IMG/VR virus record: IMGVR_UViG_3300027628_000007
Direction: 5' to 3' (one strand)
Source of the DNA: a virus
Lineage: Duplodnaviria > Heunggongvirae > Uroviricota > Caudoviricetes
DNA length: 64,000 nt
Shown here: positions 55,420-64,000 of the stretch, one piece after another
How the letters are laid out: the number at the start of each line of letters is the position of its first letter
How positions within the stretch are numbered: the stretch's first letter is position 1
Made by a program: the position numbers and the translations under genes
The notes under the pieces: model-generated
The model's database searches: none
Told to the model about the DNA's origin: nothing
Seen by the model: the letters and a program-made list of their open reading frames with translations, nothing else

Positions 55420-56178
55420 ATGAGTGACCACATTGGAAAATACAGAAGACGTTTAAATCGTAGCGGTAAAGATGTAGGCGAAGTCTACAAGAATAACACC
55501 ATTGCTTTTATAGAAGCTACATTCCACAAGTCTCCTACATTTAGGGTATTGGAAGTTGTTAGTACAGAATTTCCAGATATCAAGAATATGGATTCTAGGG
55601 TTGTAGAGGTAGAGAGAATGGGTTCTCTACGAGAAGTGATATTCAAACCAAACGAGAGTTTGGGAATAGGCACATATGTAAAGTTCGATGGCGATACATG
55701 GCTATTATTCGATAAGTACGGTGGAACAGGTTCTACTAGTATTAAGATGTTAGCACAAAAATGTAATCGTAGTTTGAAGTGGAAAGATGAAAGCGGTAAC
55801 ATCCATGAGTTTGAATGTGTTGCAGGGGCAACAGATTTAGGGTCAAAGGCAAAACAAAGTAAGAATGATATCTATTGGAATAAGTACGATGTACGTTTGC
55901 CAATCGGTCAATTGTTTGTTTTCGTTGAGCTGAATGATACTACTAAACATATCAGATTGAATCAGAGATTTATATTTGGTAGCAACGTTTATGAAGTATC
56001 TGGTGTGGATGACACAACAGGCGTATCTAGAAACGGATTCGGACTAATGCAATTTACGATTAAATTAGCAACTAAGCGTGACGAAGATGACTTTGTGAAT
56101 GGAATTGCTTACAACAATTACAAAGAGCAACCTAGCACAGAGCCACCAGTAGACAACGGTGAGGGGGATATTTGGTAA
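55420..56178 (+). CDS. Probable head closure protein
   Basis: Position; duplicated beta-rich halves. Confidence 0.55.
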   Translation: MSDHIGKYRRRLNRSGKDVGEVYKNNTIAFIEATFHKSPTFRVLEVVSTEFPDIKNMDSRVVEVERMGSLREVIFKPNESLGIGTYVKFDGDTWLLFDKYGGTGSTSIKMLAQKCNRSLKWKDESGNIHEFECVAGATDLGSKAKQSKNDIYWNKYDVRLPIGQLFVFVELNDTTKHIRLNQRFIFGSNVYEVSGVDDTTGVSRNGFGLMQFTIKLATKRDEDDFVNGIAYNNYKEQPSTEPPVDNGEGDIW

Positions 56179-56675
56179 TGAGATTAGATTCGCTATCTAA
56201 AAATGTAGTAAAAGTTATGAAGACTTTATGTAACAATGAAGGGTTAGTAAAACTATTAATTAATAATCAGTATGACCCATTTGATACTAGTATACCAGTA
56301 ATCAAAAATCCTTACGACTTAGTTAATCCTAAGAGCGTAAATTGCAAAATTAAACCATTCCCATTTGAGGTTGATGCAACCACACAAGACGGTTCTTACA
56401 TTCGTGTTTATTACAACGATGCAGAGTTCAATGAGAATGAAGTTATTGCAGAAACAAGACTTCACATTGATATTATCTGTGCGAAAAGCCTATGGTTGAT
56501 TGAGGGTTCGATGATTCGTCCTTATGAAATTCTAGCAAGAGTAACAAACATGGTTGGTCAAAGAGCTGTTGGAAATGGCATCAAACTTAAATTTAATGGT
56601 TTCCAACATCTTGCAGTCAATGAAAAATTTGATGCTATCAGACTATATAGTGATTATTTCACTGTAGAAACGTGA
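56178..56675 (+). CDS. Probable tail terminator protein
   Basis: Position; start refined. Confidence 0.55.
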   Translation: MRLDSLSKNVVKVMKTLCNNEGLVKLLINNQYDPFDTSIPVIKNPYDLVNPKSVNCKIKPFPFEVDATTQDGSYIRVYYNDAEFNENEVIAETRLHIDIICAKSLWLIEGSMIRPYEILARVTNMVGQRAVGNGIKLKFNGFQHLAVNEKFDAIRLYSDYFTVET

Positions 56676-56681
56676 TGCATC

Positions 56682-57533
56682 ATGAGAGATTACAAGGGGT
56701 TAAAAGATGTTGACGTTAAACTAATTCTACTAAGTGGTAGTAGTATTACAGTTGACAATATTGAGATTATCCCATATACGATGGAAGAAATCAAAAATTA
56801 TGGGTACTCAAATTATATGCGAAGTTTACAACTGCTTTCATTAACAGTTGAAGACTTTATGGATTCAGTCAAAGATTTAGAGAAAAGAATGATACTAGAG
56901 GTTGAAAAAAAGAATCTAAAAGCATTTGACTTTTACGTCAAACTTGGTGGAGAAGATTTTCAAAATATTCTCTTGGTAGCGTTATCAGTCTTGTTAAGAA
57001 CGGATGATATCCGTTTTTTAGATGAGAACGTTTTAGCTATTGACTTTATGAAAATGGGAGTCTTATATGAAGACGAATTTGGAATGATTCAAGTCAATGG
57101 CGAGAAGCTTGAAAGTATATCGGAAGATAATATTAAGCTCATACATAGAGATAATTTTGACAAAATCGTTGAAGTTATTAAGATGCAGAACTATTTAATG
57201 AAAATGGATGACAGAACAGATGATGAGTTTGATAATCCTGCCAATGAAGAAACAAGACTACTAGCAGAACAAATCAAGAAAAACCGAGAGAGAGTAAAAG
57301 CAAAAAAGAAACTGCAAAATGAAGATGTGGATATTGATATATCTGACATCATTAGTGCAGTGTGCTCTAAGAGTAATTCTATCAATAAAATAAATGTATG
57401 GGATTTCACTCTATATCAAGTATACGATGAGTATGCACGACTAGAATTAATAGATAACTATGATTTCAGCATTAAAGCTATGATGGCAGGTGCAGAAAAA
57501 GTAGATTTAAAGCATTGGTCTAGCAGGTTATAA
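56682..57533 (+). CDS. Probable tail assembly chaperone-like protein
   Basis: C-terminal DIISAV...VWDFTLYQ...SIKAMMAGA. Confidence 0.5.
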   Translation: MRDYKGLKDVDVKLILLSGSSITVDNIEIIPYTMEEIKNYGYSNYMRSLQLLSLTVEDFMDSVKDLEKRMILEVEKKNLKAFDFYVKLGGEDFQNILLVALSVLLRTDDIRFLDENVLAIDFMKMGVLYEDEFGMIQVNGEKLESISEDNIKLIHRDNFDKIVEVIKMQNYLMKMDDRTDDEFDNPANEETRLLAEQIKKNRERVKAKKKLQNEDVDIDISDIISAVCSKSNSINKINVWDFTLYQVYDEYARLELIDNYDFSIKAMMAGAEKVDLKHWSSRL

Positions 57534-57579
57534 ACTGCTTGATACATAAACTTTTTTAAATTATTAGGAGGAAATTATA

Positions 57580-58344
57580 ATGGCAAACAAGCGTTATGGT
57601 ATGAAAGAGGTTGCAAACGTTATCTTTTTCGATGTTGCAACTAACAAACCAGTATTATTCTTTGATACATTAAAAGTATCAACAATTGAGAACGAAAGTG
57701 ACAGTGCAGAAGCAACAGGTGGACAAGGTAATGGTCGTCTATTATCTTGGGACTTCGGACGTAAAGCTACATTAACAATGCAAGATGCTTTACTATCTGA
57801 TATTTCTTTAAGCTTACTAGCAGGTACTACAGTAAAAACTACAGGTATCAAAGCAGTAGGACGTGAAGTATTAACAGCAGTTAAAGATGCAACAGCAGGA
57901 GTTAAAGTTACTCTTAAAGAAGAACCATTAGCTATGAACACTGTAGCAGTTTACAAAGTAGACAAAGGTGTTATGGGTCAAGAAGTAACAGGTGTTACAC
58001 AAGATGGCACTGACAAGAAAACTTTAAAAATCGCAACTGGTGGAGATGTAGCAGAAAACGAACAAATCATGGTATTCTATGAGTACACAGTTACAGCACA
58101 AGATGCTACACAAGTAACTTTCAACGGTTCTGCATTCCCTGCTACATACAAAGTAGTTGGAGATACAATCGTTCGTGGAGAAGACGGTGTTGACCGTAAG
58201 ATGCAATTCGTAATTCCAAAAGCGAAATTACAATCTAACTTCTCACTAACAATGGATGCTGAAAACGTATCTACGTTCGACTTCACTCTAGATATCCTAG
58301 TAGAAGCAGGAACAAACAAATTATACGACATCATTCGTCTATAA
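57580..58344 (+). CDS. Major tail tube protein
   Basis: Strong codon bias, beta-rich, followed by a terminator. Confidence 0.8.
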   Translation: MANKRYGMKEVANVIFFDVATNKPVLFFDTLKVSTIENESDSAEATGGQGNGRLLSWDFGRKATLTMQDALLSDISLSLLAGTTVKTTGIKAVGREVLTAVKDATAGVKVTLKEEPLAMNTVAVYKVDKGVMGQEVTGVTQDGTDKKTLKIATGGDVAENEQIMVFYEYTVTAQDATQVTFNGSAFPATYKVVGDTIVRGEDGVDRKMQFVIPKAKLQSNFSLTMDAENVSTFDFTLDILVEAGTNKLYDIIRL

Positions 58345-58363
58345 TTTAAACAATAAAAAATTA

Positions 58364-58399
58364 AGGGTAGAGAACATGATTCTCTGCCCTATTTTTTTT
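58364..58399 (+). terminator. Rho-independent terminator
   Basis: AGGGTAGAGA-loop-TCTCTGCCCT then T tract. Confidence 0.85.
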
Positions 58400-58519
58400 G
58401 GATAATCGTAATGTATAAAATTGAAGTTTTATCAAGTATATGTTATAATGATAATGTAGCACAAGTCTGGTATTTTTACGACAAGTGCTAAAAATAATGG
58501 TATAAAAGGAGTTTTTATA

Positions 58520-59041
58520 GTGACTAAGGATATTAAAAAATTAACTCTTGATGAGTTGAAAAAACAGGATGAAAAATTAAATAAGCAATTCGAAGCATAT
58601 GTTTCAATTGGTGATGATGTCTACGAAGTGAAAATTGATGAGGTGTTCCGTACTTCTAAACAAGGTAAAGTTTTAGATGATATGATTGCATTCTTCCAAG
58701 AGGGCGGTAAACGTATTGAATTACTAGAACTTGCTACGCCTTATACGTCTTTACTATTAATCAAGCATTTCACAGACTTAGAGATTCCAGATGATTTCGA
58801 TGATGCTATCGCACATCTACATTCTTTAATCGACCTTGGAATTTTCGAAGCGGTCTTAAATGAACTTCCAGAAAAAGAAGTTATTCAGACATATGACAAA
58901 TTGAGAAATGTGCTTAACGAAATGACTGAAAAGATGGAAATCGCACAAGCCGAAGCAGACCTAGTTGCAGAACAGCTAGAGAACGAAGTAGTTAAGAAGA
59001 TGTTTATAGATGGCGAAGAAGCAATCACAGAGCAAGAGTAA
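58520..59041 (+). CDS. Hypothetical protein (tail chaperone candidate)
   Basis: Acidic helical ORF after the tail tube gene. Confidence 0.6.
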   Translation: MTKDIKKLTLDELKKQDEKLNKQFEAYVSIGDDVYEVKIDEVFRTSKQGKVLDDMIAFFQEGGKRIELLELATPYTSLLLIKHFTDLEIPDDFDDAIAHLHSLIDLGIFEAVLNELPEKEVIQTYDKLRNVLNEMTEKMEIAQAEADLVAEQLENEVVKKMFIDGEEAITEQE

Positions 59042-59492
59042 TGGTTTTTACTTTGAGACAGAAGCGGAAGCTATTAGAGTCTTAAATGCAGAGGGAAAAA
59101 AATTAAAAGCGATAGCACTCAAAGTATGGAGAAGATACTTGGGTAGCTATCAACCTCAAATGTACGTTCGTACTGGACGTTCAGAAAAGGGTATAAAGCT
59201 TAAACCAGTAAGAAAAGTTGGTGTGAATACTTATACAATCGAACTTACATTCGAAAACGGTCTAATGTATCATGATTCAGTATTTGGCAAAGGACAGCCA
59301 AAAGGTCACTCAATCATGCTTATTAGTAGCGGTTGGCACTCTAAGAAATTGGAAAACAGAATTGGAGTAGTTCCAAATTTTACATACAAAGGTGGATTCG
59401 ACTATCTAGGTCAAGTTCAATCAGAGTACAACAACGTTAGAAATAAAAAAGTATTCTTAGATATCCAATGGAGCGGTCAAGCTTATAAATAG
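59010..59492 (+). CDS. Probable tail completion protein (HK97 gp10-like)
   Basis: Basic; YVRTGR motif. Confidence 0.5.
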   Translation: MAKKQSQSKSNGFYFETEAEAIRVLNAEGKKLKAIALKVWRRYLGSYQPQMYVRTGRSEKGIKLKPVRKVGVNTYTIELTFENGLMYHDSVFGKGQPKGHSIMLISSGWHSKKLENRIGVVPNFTYKGGFDYLGQVQSEYNNVRNKKVFLDIQWSGQAYK

Positions 59493-59507
59493 AAGTAGGT
59501 GAAATAT

Positions 59508-60485
59508 ATGGCATACAAAAAAATACAAGAAGTTACAGATGAGTTTTGGGATAATGAATTTGACATAGATGATAGAGAGATAGTTGAAAGCTTTCTTAAA
59601 CAGGGTCATCTAAGTCCTGCAACTCTAAAACAATACAAATCATCTCTACGTATCTTTTGCAAATGGGCACATGATAAATATAGAGGTAGAAAGAGAATCA
59701 CAGATTTAAAGATACGTGATGGATTAGATTATCAGAACGACCTAATAAAATTAGGGTTGAGTAGTTCTGCTATTAAATTCAAGCGTTCATCTGTTAGTTC
59801 TTTATACAATTTCATAGAATTATATTATGGTGAAGAATATCCAAAATTAAAAAACATTTTCAATAAGGCAGTTCCTAACGTGGCAAATGTGAAGAAAAAA
59901 GAGAAGAATCCAATTACGAAGATTGAGCTTGAAAAGCTCATCAAGACTTTGAAGAAAAAAGAGGAATGGCAGAAACTAGCTTATCTCTTATATACATATG
60001 GTACAGGATGTCGTAGGGAAGAGTCAAGACAATTATTAAAAGAAGTTGTAACTTACGATAAATTTGTTAATAAGAAAGGCATCCAGAAAGAATATTACCA
60101 AACTCATGCTATTAGAGCAAAAGGTAAAGGCATAGAAGGAAAAGTTCGTAAATTCAAATTTAGTCAAGAAGTAATGGATGCACTTAGAAAGTGGATAGAA
60201 GTACGTGGCGAAGATGATTGTCCATATCTATTTGTTAGTAAAACAAAAGATGGATATAGACAGATTAGCGGAAACGCTTTCAATCTATGGTGTGAAGAGT
60301 TCGGTGAAATCATCGGCAAGAAAATCCATCCTCACTTATTACGTTCAAGTAGAGCAACTATAGCAGTTGTTGAGGAAGGTATAGATATCAAAAAGGTACA
60401 AGAAATGTTGGGACACAACGATGTTTCAACAACAGAGATATATGTCGTTCGTGATGACGATGACGATGATGACGATTTATATTAG
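59508..60485 (+). CDS. XerC/D-like tyrosine recombinase with canonical active site
   Basis: TGCRREE, KGKG, HPHLLRSSRAT, LGH...TTEIY; start refined. Confidence 0.92.
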   Translation: MAYKKIQEVTDEFWDNEFDIDDREIVESFLKQGHLSPATLKQYKSSLRIFCKWAHDKYRGRKRITDLKIRDGLDYQNDLIKLGLSSSAIKFKRSSVSSLYNFIELYYGEEYPKLKNIFNKAVPNVANVKKKEKNPITKIELEKLIKTLKKKEEWQKLAYLLYTYGTGCRREESRQLLKEVVTYDKFVNKKGIQKEYYQTHAIRAKGKGIEGKVRKFKFSQEVMDALRKWIEVRGEDDCPYLFVSKTKDGYRQISGNAFNLWCEEFGEIIGKKIHPHLLRSSRATIAVVEEGIDIKKVQEMLGHNDVSTTEIYVVRDDDDDDDDLY

Positions 60486-60513
60486 GAAGATTAAGAGTAA
60501 CATCTTAATCTTC
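60486..60513. other. Perfect 11-6-11 inverted repeat (dif/lox-like site candidate)
   Basis: GAAGATTAAGA-GTAACA-TCTTAATCTTC immediately after the recombinase stop codon. Confidence 0.7.
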
Positions 60514-60561
60514 TGATTAGGATGTTACAGCATCCTCTAGAATAACAAGGGGTGAAACAAT

Positions 60562-63500
60562 TTGGCAGGTAGTAACGATTTAAATATGATACTGAAAGCC
60601 CAAGTGGTGAAGTTAAAGGTAGAGCTTGATGCAAAAGGTAGTAAGTTGCCTTCACAGGTAAATGCTATTAGCAAGATGTTAGCAGGTAATCCAGTAAAAC
60701 TTAAAGTTAAACTAGATACAAAAGATATCAACAAGCAGATTACTAGTATCAATAATTTAGTAAAAAACAAACCAATGAAGTTGAAAGTAGAGCTTGATAC
60801 AAAAGGCACTACAAAGCAAATACAGGATATGTATAAAGCTTTCAACGATATGAATAAAAAATATGTGCAACAAACTAAGCAAGCACAGCAACAAGCAAGT
60901 AAGATTGCATCTTCTGCACAGAAGCAGAGCGTTCCTACTTCTGCACCTGTAGGCAACTTCAATAATATCAAACAATATTTGAAGCAAATGGAAGATGCAG
61001 AGAGAGTCCTTCGTTCTAAATTTAACGATGGTGGCGGTATCTTTAAAACAACTCAATTTAAAGATGCACAAGGAAATCTAAAAGGTTTCGTTGCAGAACT
61101 ACAACGTGCAAATGGTGTTGTTGAGAAACTTAGATATGACTGGAATGCAGGTAGCAAGAAGTTTCAAATCATTGATAGACAAACTATTACAGACACTCAA
61201 AAGAGTCTGGCACAAGCAGAAGCTTCTTTAAACAAGCTTAAAGGCTCTATTAACCAACTTAAAAACACAGATGGCAAGATTGGACTGCTTTCTCAATTCG
61301 ATGCGTTAAAAGGCAAAGGAGATAGCTTAACTAGAGACATGGTTAAAGGTCTTCAAGAAGCTGTAAGAGCAGAACAACAATTACAACAACAAATCTCTCA
61401 AACAAACAAGTTAACAGCTCAACAAGCTAAGTTGTTAAATGACATCGGTAAAGCTAGAGCTAAAGATGTTAACAATGCTCAACTTAAAGGTCTTGAATCT
61501 ATGGCGAAAAACGGCACAGATAGAGATGGTAAGGCTGTTGCAGATTTGGCAAATCATTATAGACAACTTGCTAGAGAAGTTCAAGTATATAATGAAAACG
61601 TTAGAAAAGGCAATGCTGATATGAAAGCATCGCAAGAAGTTACTAAACAACGTTTACAATTAGAGCGTGAGTTAAGAAAACTTCAACAACAAACTCCTGC
61701 AAATAATCCAAACGGTCAAGCGAAAAAGGCATTCGTTGATGAGACAATGGCAATGGTTCGTAACATTGCAACAATCAATGATATGAATAAAGCTTATTCT
61801 CAATTAGCTATTGTTAGAAATAGAATTGGTGAAGCGAAAACTAATGCTTGGATGGATGCAGAGCAAGCTAAGTCTCAAAGATTAATTGAGAGTTTAAAAG
61901 CCGTTCAACGTCAAATGAAAGACAGAGGAATGGATGTTACTGGCATTGATGCATCACTAAAGAATTACGCTAAAAATGTAAATACTAGTGCTGTAGAGGT
62001 AGAACGTGCGTTAGCTCAATACCAAAGAATGCTAACAGACAAGAAACAACAAATCCGTAATGCAGAAAGAAACCTTCGTTTAGGTGAAGATATTTCTGAC
62101 AAATACGGTGGTGCAGACAAGATTAAACAAATGAACCAAAAGTTATTTAGCGGTGGAGCACCAGATGCAAATACGATTGCAAGTATTAAAAGTTATGTTA
62201 GTGCTGTAGAAGGTGCTAAAGTAGCTTCTGTATCATTCGCTAGAGATGGCGTAGATGCAATGGGTAACAGAATGAAAAACGTTCAAGTTACATTTGCAGG
62301 TACAGGTGAACACGTAAGACGTATGAATCTATCATTTACACAAGGAACTAACGTTGTTAGACAGGCTTCTGACGAAATGGTTCGTAACGTTAACCGTAAC
62401 TTAGGTGCATGGGAAAAACTACGTAGCATGATGTCATCAGCTCCAATGTGGATGCTAAGTCAAGCTATGATGACTGCTCCAATTCAAGGCTTACAAGCTA
62501 TGACTAGAGAGATTCTAGAAGTAGACAAAGCTATGACAAACATTCGAAGAGTTGCAGATGCAAGTCTTAACACAGATATCATGTTTGGAAACGCAGTAGG
62601 ATTGTCAAAAGAATTAGGTAACAATATTCATGATATCCTAAACGGTATGGAAGAGTTCTCACGTACATTCGGTGACTTCAATGAAAGACAGTTAACAGCT
62701 ATCACTAAGACAGCTACAGTAATGTCAAACGTATCAGACCTAAAAGTACAAGATGCACAAGCATCTCTAGTAGGTACAATGAACGCATTCAATATTGAAG
62801 CAGAAGATTCTATCGGTATCGTAGATAAATTAAACCAAGTAGATAATGATTACGCTATCAGTACGCAACAGTTAGCAACAAGTTTACAAAAATCTGCATC
62901 TACTGCAAAAACATATGGAGTTAGCTTGGAAGAAACTATTGGACATACAACTGCAATCGGTGCGGTAACAATGGAATCTGGTAACATTATCGGTAACTCA
63001 TTAAAGGCTATTTACTCACGTATCACAGGTTTACAAGCATCGGAAGGAACACTGAAAAGTGTTGGTGTTGCAATGTATGACATGGGTGAAAATGGTAAAG
63101 AGCTAAGACCTGTTGGCGATATCCTAAATGACTTAGGTGCAAATTGGGGTGGCTTAACAGCTCAACAAAGACAGAACACAGCAGTTACATTAGCAGGACG
63201 AAACCACTTAACACGTTTCTTAGCCCTAATGAATAACTACCCAACAGCGATTAAAGCAACTGTAACAGCATATAACTCACAAGGTAGTGCAATGCGTGAG
63301 AACGAGAAGTATATGCAGTCTATGGAAGCTAAAATCAATCAAACGAAAAACTCATTCACAACTATGTCTGTAGCATTCGGTAAGGCATTCGTGTCTGACG
63401 GTATCATTGCTGTAGCACAAGGTTTAGGTGCGGTATTAAACGTTATCACACAGATTGCTAATGCAGGTGGAGGTCTAGCTCTAGTTGGTGTTGCTATCGG

Positions 63501-64000
63501 TGCAATCATGACCCAAATGGGTAAATTCGGTGGTATTCAAACTGCTGTCGGTGGGTTCTTTAGCAAGTTTAAAGAAGGTTTCACAAGCGTACAAAGAGAT
63601 GGTAATGCTACTATCACAGTAATGGATAGAATGCGTAGCGGTATGCAGAATACTGGTACTGCAACAACAACTGTTGGTGGAGCATTCATGAATGCAGGTA
63701 AATCAGTTCTATCATTCGGTTTAAGCTTTGGTAAAGCTGTATTATCAATGGGTGCATTCGGTCTTGCTATCGGTGCAATCGGTTGGGCTATTGAAGCTGT
63801 AATCGGTCATTTCTCTAAGTTAAAAGCAGAACAAGAAGCGGTAGATAGAGCTACGCAAAAAATGGTAGACGGATACCGTAAAAACATGGATACAGTTGGA
63901 GGTCTAGTTGAGAAATACGATGCAATGAGTAAAGCCTTTGCAAGTGGAGCAATCCAAAAGGGAACGCAGGAATATGACCAATTCTTAATCGTACAATCTA
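60562..64000 (+). CDS. Tail tape measure protein (3' truncated by window; absent from ORF track)
   Basis: TTG start after GGGGTGA; open at both ends and in all segments translated; TP901-type core (VDKAMTNIRRVA...TAIGAVT.ESGNIIGNSLK). Confidence 0.9.
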   Translation, partial: MAGSNDLNMILKAQVVKLKVELDAKGSKLPSQVNAISKMLAGNPVKLKVKLDTKDINKQITSINNLVKNKPMKLKVELDTKGTTKQIQDMYKAFNDMNKKYVQQTKQAQQQASKIASSAQKQSVPTSAPVGNFNNIKQYLKQMEDAERVLRSKFNDGGGIFKTTQFKDAQGNLKGFVAELQRANGVVEKLRYDWNAGSKKFQIIDRQTITDTQKSLAQAEASLNKLKGSINQLKNTDGKIGLLSQFDALKGKGDSLTRDMVKGLQEAVRAEQQLQQQISQTNKLTAQQAKLLNDIGKARAKDVNNAQLKGLESMAKNGTDRDGKAVADLANHYRQLAREVQVYNENVRKGNADMKASQEVTKQRLQLERELRKLQQQTPANNPNGQAKKAFVDETMAMVRNIATINDMNKAYSQLAIVRNRIGEAKTNAWMDAEQAKSQRLIESLKAVQRQMKDRGMDVTGIDASLKNYAKNVNTSAVEVERALAQYQRMLTDKKQQIRNAERNLRLGEDISDKYGGADKIKQMNQKLFSGGAPDANTIASIKSYVSAVEGAKVASVSFARDGVDAMGNRMKNVQVTFAGTGEHVRRMNLSFTQGTNVVRQASDEMVRNVNRNLGAWEKLRSMMSSAPMWMLSQAMMTAPIQGLQAMTREILEVDKAMTNIRRVADASLNTDIMFGNAVGLSKELGNNIHDILNGMEEFSRTFGDFNERQLTAITKTATVMSNVSDLKVQDAQASLVGTMNAFNIEAEDSIGIVDKLNQVDNDYAISTQQLATSLQKSASTAKTYGVSLEETIGHTTAIGAVTMESGNIIGNSLKAIYSRITGLQASEGTLKSVGVAMYDMGENGKELRPVGDILNDLGANWGGLTAQQRQNTAVTLAGRNHLTRFLALMNNYPTAIKATVTAYNSQGSAMRENEKYMQSMEAKINQTKNSFTTMSVAFGKAFVSDGIIAVAQGLGAVLNVITQIANAGGGLALVGVAIGAIMTQMGKFGGIQTAVGGFFSKFKEGFTSVQRDGNATITVMDRMRSGMQNTGTATTTVGGAFMNAGKSVLSFGLSFGKAVLSMGAFGLAIGAIGWAIEAVIGHFSKLKAEQEAVDRATQKMVDGYRKNMDTVGGLVEKYDAMSKAFASGAIQKGTQEYDQFLIVQS

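Larger units (their letters stand above)
1..64000. mobile_element. Part of a large temperate Bacillus-type siphophage genome
   Basis: Terminase-portal-protease-capsid-tail-tape measure order, tRNA array, dense small ORFs with Firmicutes RBS, no host housekeeping genes. Confidence 0.95.

Noticed and set aside
58990-59041. Programmed -1 frameshift of a tail chaperone
   Set aside because: No XXXYYYZ slippery heptamer seen in the overlap; the downstream gene has its own start
525-61650. Numerous antisense or nested ORFs in the track (e.g. 775+, 3585+, 10922+, 31777-, 44450-, 51391-, 60537-)
   Set aside because: They lie opposite well-supported genes, lack an RBS and have shadow-frame composition

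Overview
64 kb of an AT-rich Bacillus-type temperate siphophage genome. The head/tail module follows SPbeta yon/yom synteny, and the overall layout recalls large Tsamsa/PBC2-like phages (from memory, not searched). Layout: (1) 1-12.8 kb, minus-strand accessory genes (MazG-like, Ser/Thr kinase, lipoprotein) under nine promoters sharing TCTG-TTGACA. (2) 12.8-21.4 kb, a plus-strand island of small acidic genes bracketed by non-coding DNA with iterons, a 46-nt purine-pyrimidine tract, sigmaH-type promoters, LexA-like boxes and repeated palindromes. (3) 21.4-27.3 kb, minus-strand genes ending in a RecD2 helicase. (4) 27.5-37.2 kb, a plasmid-like module: ParM/ParR-like pair, phased A-tracts, pilin-like/M23/ATPase/Replic_Relax genes, an atypical tyrosine recombinase, and a Rep-like gene with an inverted-repeat origin candidate. 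(5) 37.4-46.5 kb, HU, PIN-PhoH, 19 tRNAs, a TROVE/Ro60-like (DUF2828-type) vWA gene, YonK and a metallophosphoesterase. (6) 46.7-64 kb, terminase to tape measure (truncated), with a second tyrosine recombinase followed directly by a perfect 11-6-11 site. Strongest signal: seven copies of an RNA module (7-bp stem, NN, ACAGC(A/T)A, variable cargo, complementary strand) in and just after the tRNA array, directly upstream of the Ro60-like gene. The cargoes are tRNA parts: two circularly permuted T/acceptor/D modules, an acceptor-less tRNA-Ile body and an isolated tRNA-Asn anticodon arm. This looks like a phage-encoded Ro60 plus multi-Y-RNA system. All structures were folded by eye, no database searches were run, and novelty is unverified.
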